Shown here in pieces: positions 58,246 to 64,000 of a DNA stretch of 64,000 nucleotides. The notes below the pieces were generated by a model. That model had not been told where the DNA came from. It made no database searches and saw nothing but the letters and a program-made list of their open reading frames with translations. Origin of the DNA: Longimicrobiales bacterium (GTDB lineage Bacteria > Gemmatimonadota > Gemmatimonadetes > Longimicrobiales > Gaopeijiaceae); the NCBI GenBank assembly GCA_965226375.1, contig CBDDCX010000006.1:635131-699130 (forward strand). The letters run 5' to 3'. The translations under genes were made by a program, and so were the position numbers. Numbering within the stretch: position 1 is the stretch's first letter; every line of letters starts with the position of its first letter.

Positions 58246-59271
58246 TCAAGGCGACCGAAACACCCAGCGACTGCGGGGCGCCGGGAGCCACCAAGACCCG
58301 ACGTCCGAGTCGCGCATCTTCTCCTCGAACTCGCCCAGGAACGTCAACGGGATGGGCTTGGGCGATTGATCGGCTTTGCGCAGCAGAAAGTCCTCCCAGT
58401 GAGTCACGAGTACGTATTCGGGCTCCAGTTGCTCGAGAATGCTGTCGGGATACGAATCGACCCATTTGTGTCCCGGCGCACTGATCACCGCCACCATCGG
58501 AACTCTTGTGTCCCGCCTCGTGGCGAGCGCTGGGTGCCCCTTCGGCGGTGTCGCCCCGCTGTCTTGGTAGTAGATCCTGAAGAAAGGCGCCCCCCCACCA
58601 TCCAGCACGTCGATCAGGTAGGCGTATGTGGTTCCCTCTACCCAGTCCGCTGCGTGTACTGGAAACGCGGTGTGGGGACGGTCCCGATCGCCCATCCACA
58701 GATGAATCCCCGCGAAGTGTGGTGAGTGCTCGGAGAGGACGGGTTGAAACCGGAAACGACTGGTCTGATCCGTGATCCACTTGCCGGGTGTGCGGTCGTC
58801 GCCTGCCGAGTCGTCCACCACCTGCAGGCGACCGGGATCGATCCCCGACCACCCGACCATGTGGTTACGAACGGTGTTACTTCCGAAGACGGTCGCGTCG
58901 GGCGTGAACTTACCGACCACATAAGGCACATCCATCAGGTGATCGTAGTGTCCATGACCGATCAGGATGGACCGCACCTCGCGGAGCGTTGTGCGATAGT
59001 CCCCCAGGCGGCGGTCGATCATCGCCGTGTCCACCGAGATCTCGCCCGCAAGAACCCGGACGGGATTCGGATTGGAAAAGAAGGGACCGGTGAGAAGTGC
59101 CTCCCCGCCAGATTCGATGAGCCATCCTCCCGCCCCCAGGTAGGTCAGCACGACCGAGTCGGGCAGGGCAGGCGTAAGGACCACCTGACGGCCGGTAACC
59201 CCATAGCCGCCGCATGCCGCCATGGCCGAAACCGCCAGAATGAGAGCCGACCCTCGCAATGGCGCTGCCAT
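58246..59271 (-). CDS. MBL-fold metallo-hydrolase lipoprotein
   Basis: MAAC lipobox; YLGAGG, GHGHYDH, EHSPH, QDS, THWED. Confidence 0.85.
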   Translation of the reverse strand: MAAPLRGSALILAVSAMAACGGYGVTGRQVVLTPALPDSVVLTYLGAGGWLIESGGEALLTGPFFSNPNPVRVLAGEISVDTAMIDRRLGDYRTTLREVRSILIGHGHYDHLMDVPYVVGKFTPDATVFGSNTVRNHMVGWSGIDPGRLQVVDDSAGDDRTPGKWITDQTSRFRFQPVLSEHSPHFAGIHLWMGDRDRPHTAFPVHAADWVEGTTYAYLIDVLDGGGAPFFRIYYQDSGATPPKGHPALATRRDTRVPMVAVISAPGHKWVDSYPDSILEQLEPEYVLVTHWEDFLLRKADQSPKPIPLTFLGEFEEKMRDSDVGSWWLPAPRSRWVFRSP

Positions 59272-59345
59272 CACCCGTCGTCCTGCCTGACCGGACGGGG
59301 CGCCGCGCGACTCTCGGGGTCTACCAGACATCAGATTCGGGGCCA

Positions 59346-60188
59346 CTAGATGAGCGACTCCCATGAGACCCACCGTTCTCCGTCTGCGCTCGCCCTGACG
59401 TCGTCGAAGAGCCGACTGAGCTCGGTTGCGGCCGTGCGGGCCTTGCCCGAGTCCCTCCCCTCGGTGACCTTGCGCGCCACCTCCAGAGACGCGTCGATCT
59501 TGTCGCGGGCGCCGAGATCGGGAACGCGCGATCGTAGCAGGTGCCATTGGGCCTCGAGGTCGCGCACGTCACTCGCGGCCTTCGCCTGGGTTTCCCGCTT
59601 TTGGGGACCGGAGAGCGAGATGGCTCCGGGAAGGACGGTATTGAGAACCTCTTCGAACTTTTCTCCCATCGCCTCGATCGATCGTTCCACGCGCAGGATA
59701 AAGATGCCCACCAGGAGACCGAGGATGTTGGGCGGCAGCGAGGTCGAGTCGTTGCCTCGTTGGACCCACACCGTCCACGCCCACCAAACGATCAGTAGGT
59801 ACACGGCCGTCTGTGCGATTCGGTACGAGTATTCTCCGAAGTACGCGCGAAAGTCGAACTGTGATCTCTTGGCTCGGGCTACGCTCATGATAAACAGCAG
59901 GACGCCTGCGAAGGCCGTACCGAAGGGGATGAGGTAGCCAAAGCTCGGCGTCGGCGCACCCTGTTCGGGTGGGATGGAAAAGAGGATGCCCCCGCGCCGT
60001 ACCGCCAAAGTGAGCACGATTGCCAAAACGATGGCGGACGTGCACGTCAGGAAGATGTTTCGGGGAAGGGCGGCCCTCCAGTCTTGTTCCTCGTCGAGTG
60101 AGCGGATGCGATCCAGCGCATCACCGGCTTCATCACTGAAGTGGCTCCCGGCCGGTTGCCCGGATGGTGTGTCATTCATGGTATCCAC
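59346..60188 (-). CDS. Hypothetical four-TM protein with C-terminal helical domain
   Basis: Four hydrophobic segments then charged helical tail; starts 1 nt after the upstream stop. Confidence 0.7.
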   Translation of the reverse strand: MDTMNDTPSGQPAGSHFSDEAGDALDRIRSLDEEQDWRAALPRNIFLTCTSAIVLAIVLTLAVRRGGILFSIPPEQGAPTPSFGYLIPFGTAFAGVLLFIMSVARAKRSQFDFRAYFGEYSYRIAQTAVYLLIVWWAWTVWVQRGNDSTSLPPNILGLLVGIFILRVERSIEAMGEKFEEVLNTVLPGAISLSGPQKRETQAKAASDVRDLEAQWHLLRSRVPDLGARDKIDASLEVARKVTEGRDSGKARTAATELSRLFDDVRASADGERWVSWESLI

Positions 60189-60189
60189 C

Positions 60190-61179
60190 TCAATCCTTGG
60201 GGATGCAGATGATCAATGCGCCTGTTTCGTCTCGCTTCACACGCACCAGATCGCGGTCCTGTTTGAACCAGGGTCCCAAGGGACCGGTCGTGTGTTTCGT
60301 CTCCCCCACCTCACCCCAAGCGCCCGAGTAGTTCCGCCACTCGGCATCGCGGATCCACCTGAACTCTTGGTCCCCGTCCGCTATGTCCCATTGGTGCCCA
60401 TAGTCCTCCGGGTTGCGCACGCTCGGTCGGGTGGGGTGGCCGTTCGGGTCTACGTACAGGGTCGGGTGCCCTGTCTCGGCAGCCTCGAGGTCCGTCCACC
60501 TTCGCAACTCTCCGGTGTTGTGCTGCGCGAAATACACGTGCGAGGGCGGGGCGAGATCCTCGATCGAATCGACGTCGGCCAGATACGTGACGTGCTCCCA
60601 GTCTCCCTCGTGGGTGAGCAGTCCGTGCCAGCGGTTCAGTTCGTAGAAGAACCAATACAGCACCTTTACGAAGGAGCCGGCCTGCGTCAGGATCGGCGCG
60701 GCATCGAGGAAGACGGGGGCCTTGATGATTCCGCTTACGGGCTGATTACCCGACCAGGTTCGGTTGGAGATGCGGTCCCGCTCCAGGAAGAGGCCAGCTT
60801 TCGCCCTTCCTGCTGAACGGAAGAGATTCCGAGCGCCATGAGGACGCAGCGTGGGTCGGATCGACGGATTCAGGCCCACGTAATTGCCGGTGCGTACGCC
60901 GGTTTCCCCATCGATGACGTTCCACCCGATATCGTAGTGCGCATCTCCCTTGTCGTTGGACTCCTCCCAACCCGACCCCTTCTTGAAGCCGAGATCGCGA
61001 CTGCCTTGCCTGGACTCCCGGAACCGTGAGTTCCCTTTGAAGCTCTCAGGCGTGGAGGGAAAGTGATGCTCGTCACGACGGAAAAGCACCCAGGGAGCGA
61101 ACTCGCTGGCCCACTTCTCGATGGTGGCCTGATCGAGATCGTGGGGTAGTGGATTCTCGAACCATGATGGGGCGGGCAT
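60190..61179 (-). CDS. Vps62-like protein (HEGDWEH motif)
   Basis: FAP.V.F..DE..FPS, YWFFY..N, HEGDWEHV, VYFAQH, HPTLYV, Y.GAWG, GPLGP. Confidence 0.7.
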   Translation of the reverse strand: MPAPSWFENPLPHDLDQATIEKWASEFAPWVLFRRDEHHFPSTPESFKGNSRFRESRQGSRDLGFKKGSGWEESNDKGDAHYDIGWNVIDGETGVRTGNYVGLNPSIRPTLRPHGARNLFRSAGRAKAGLFLERDRISNRTWSGNQPVSGIIKAPVFLDAAPILTQAGSFVKVLYWFFYELNRWHGLLTHEGDWEHVTYLADVDSIEDLAPPSHVYFAQHNTGELRRWTDLEAAETGHPTLYVDPNGHPTRPSVRNPEDYGHQWDIADGDQEFRWIRDAEWRNYSGAWGEVGETKHTTGPLGPWFKQDRDLVRVKRDETGALIICIPKD

Positions 61180-61329
61180 CTCGTGCCTCCGGCATGGGGG
61201 GGCCGGGTGAGACTATGGGAATAGACCAGCGCGGCAGGTTACGCGCAAACCATGGTGTCCAACCCTACCGACCGGAGTGGCGAAGGCCACGATATCGCGG
61301 TAGCCTTCCTCCCTAGACGGAGGCGCCAA

Positions 61330-61542
61330 GTGAGCGAAGAACAGTGGTTCGGCCTGTTGGGACTCGTCGTCGGCCTCTACCTGTTCGTGTGCGCCACCTG
61401 GAAGAGAGACTTCTTCCTATACGACTGGAAGGCGCGCCGGGCCATCGCCTGGTACGGTGAGGAGAAGACGCACCTCGGCTTTCAGGCGGGTGGAGTGATC
61501 GTGATGATCGTGGGCATTCTCAAGTTGATCGGACTGTTCTAG
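61330..61542 (+). CDS. Small two-TM membrane protein
   Basis: GGAGG RBS, GTG start, two hydrophobic helices. Confidence 0.6.
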   Translation: MSEEQWFGLLGLVVGLYLFVCATWKRDFFLYDWKARRAIAWYGEEKTHLGFQAGGVIVMIVGILKLIGLF

Positions 61543-61592
61543 ACACCGTAGTACGCTTGTGGCGAGGTGCACGTTAGGCGCATCTTGCAGCC

Positions 61593-63928
61593 ATGGCTGA
61601 TCCGGTTTCCCGCCTGAATGCAGCCCTCCAAGGTCGCTACGCCATCGAGCGTGAGCTCGGTGAGGGCGGGATGGCCACGGTCTACCTGGCCGATGATGTG
61701 CGGCATCACCGCGAGGTGGCTCTGAAGGTCCTCCGGCCCGACCTGGTTGCGGGCCTCGGACCTGAGCGCTTTCTCCGAGAGATCGAAATCGTCGCGCAGT
61801 TGTCGCACCCCAACATCCTGTCCCTCTACGACTCCGGAACCGCCGACGGGCTTCTCTACTTCGTGATGCCCTACGTCGAGGGTGACACGCTCAGAAGTCG
61901 CCTCGATCGGAGCGGCCGTCTGGCCCTGGAGGAGGCGCTCCGGATCACTGCCGAAGTGGCGGACGCGCTCGACTTCGCGCATACCAGCGGATTGATCCAT
62001 CGCGACATCAAGCCCGAGAACATCCTCTTCCAGGCGGGACACGCGGTGGTCAGTGTCTTCGGGATCGCGAAGGCGGTCACGGAGGCCGGAGCGAGTAACC
62101 TGACCGCCACCGGACTGTCTGTGGGCACGCTCAAGTACATGAGCCCCGAGCAGGCGGCCGGAGATGTCGAGCTCGACGCCCGCTCCGACATCTACTCGCT
62201 GGGCTGCGTGGTGTACGAGATGCTCACGGGTGAACCGCCCTTCGCTGGAGCCGGTCAGCGGGCGCTCCTGGTACAGAAGCTCACTAGATCGGCGCCCCTC
62301 ATCTCGGACGCCCAAAGCGACATCCCTGCAACGATCGAAAGCGTGGTGGCGACGGCGCTGGCGACGGAGCCCGGCGAGCGGTTCGACACGCCGAGTCAGT
62401 TCGCCGAGGCGCTGACCCGAGCCGCCACCGCGGAAACGATTGCGGAGGAGGCTCACCGCCGTCGACGGGCCAAGCGCATACGCTTTGCGGTCGGAATCCC
62501 TGCGGTTGCGATCGTGGGCGCCATGGTCTGGTGGATGACGATGCAGCTCGGCGGGCCGACCTTGGAGCGGGTAGCCGTGCTGCCGCTGACCAACCTGATG
62601 AGCGACGCGGCCCAGGACTTCTTCGTCGAAGGTGTGCAGGAGGACCTGATCAAGGAGCTCTCGCGGGCCGGTTTGGGCGTCATCACTCCCACGTCGGTGC
62701 TGCGGTATCGAAACAGCGACAAGCCCGTGAGCGAGATAGCCCGTGAACTCGATGTGGACGCGGTGATCGAGGGGTCGGCGTCGCTGGTCGACGGCACCAT
62801 GTCGCTCGACCTGCGCATGACGGATGGCATCACTGACGAGATCGTCTGGTTCGACTCTTTCGGGGCAGAAGTGCGGGATGTGCTGGTGGTTTACGGAGAG
62901 GTGGTACGCGCGATCGTGGGTGCAGCCGCAATCGAGCTGAGCTCTGAGTCGGAGGCTGCTCTGGCCACCGCTCCGCAGGTCAGCCCCGAGGTCCAGGAAG
63001 CGCTCTGGAAGGGTCGTTTCCATCGGAGCCGGTTGTCCGAGGAGAGCATGTACTTGCTCTCGACTACTACGAACTGGCCCTCTCACGGGACCCGAACAAC
63101 GCCGTGGCGCTTGCCGGGATCGCGGGAGTGTGGGGGTCACGAGCGCAGTTCGGGTTCGTGTCGTCTGCGGAGGCCGATGCGAAGGGGAGGGAGGCTTTCG
63201 CACGTGCGATGGCGATCGACAGTACACTCCCGGAGATTCAACAGGAGCTCGCCTCGCGACGCACTTGGAGGGAATGGGACTGGAACGCGGCGGAGCCGAC
63301 CTTCCGTCGCGCGCTGGATGCCGACCCGATGAACTCTCTCAGCCGGTCGGCCTTTTCCCATCTGCTTCATTACCTCGGTCGTGACGAAGAGGCGGCGGCT
63401 CAGATCGAGCTCGCGGTGCAGCAGGACCCGTTCAACCCGCGAATTACCACCTTCTACGCCATGGGCCTCAACTACCGCCACGAGTACCAGGCGGCCCTGG
63501 ATGTGCTGAACGAGGTGTTGTCTCGAACGCCAGACTACGGAATGGCGCTCTCTACGCGCCGGACGACCTACCACATGATGGGCCGGCACGAGGAGGCCCT
63601 CGACGTTTGGAGGGCTTCGAACGCTCGGGATCTCGAAAAGCTCGAGGCCCTCGAACGGGGCTACCGGGAAGGGGGCTACTCAGGGGCGCTTTGGGGCATG
63701 GCCGAGACGTTGGTCACCCGTTCGGACACGATGTTCGTCACACCCTGGCAGATCGGGACTCTGTACACCCGGGCGGGAGATACAGAGTTGGCTCTCGACT
63801 ACCTGGAGCTGGCCTACGAGGCACACGACGGGAACATTCCGTACCTGAGCGTGGATCCGATCTTCGACCACCTGCGGGACGAGCCGCGCTTCCGGCGCCT
63901 CATTCAACGGCTGGGGCTGGAGAACTAG
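61593..63928 (+). pseudogene. Ser/Thr kinase-TolB-like-TPR protein, frameshift near 63050 and DFG changed to VFG
   Basis: GEGGMATVY, VALK, HRDIKPEN, YMSPEQ, VAVLPLTNL; TPR tail ending DP.FD.LRDEPRF in another frame. Confidence 0.85.
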
Positions 63929-64000
63929 CGTTGATTGGGGGGCTGATGGGCCTGCGCTTGCGCTTCCCGCCTTGCGGATAGGATGTTGACCCCCGTCTGA

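Noticed and set aside
57031..59271. Antibiotic-resistance beta-lactamases
   Set aside because: Generic serine-hydrolase and MBL folds; nothing specific to true beta-lactamase clades
61539..63227. Long antisense ORF (562 aa) and similar shadow ORFs such as 1398-2633, 3851-5221 and 44921-46063
   Set aside because: They mirror well-supported genes on the opposite strand, as expected from high-GC codon bias; no recognisable motifs

Overview
GC-rich bacterial DNA, most likely Gemmatimonadota (inferred from PadR/ADOP permease pairs, a kinase-TolB-TPR gene and a PilX-like gene). The main feature is an ~11.5 kb co-oriented respiratory cluster (1-11.5 kb): a radical SAM/SPASM gene, a CydA-like cytochrome bd-superfamily subunit with no Q-loop and no cydB, three membrane cytochromes c (5 CxxCH in total, one fused to an EbdC/DOMON-like domain), a cupredoxin-like lipoprotein, and a complete A1-type heme-copper oxidase with small accessory membrane proteins. 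Next come a SAM-I riboswitch-controlled hom-metX-metB operon lying between a second coxD and ctaG, and an IS1595 element without target duplication. The remainder is accessory: hydrolases, peptidases, a Na/Pi transporter with PhoU, a LytS/LytTR system, DAHP synthase, two PadR/ADOP modules, a VapBC locus and an unannotated Vps62-like three-gene operon. About nine accessory genes carry frameshifts, deletions or nonsense codons, while the respiratory and Met genes look essentially intact. No rRNA, tRNA or CRISPR array was seen. All calls are from motif recognition by eye; no database search was run.
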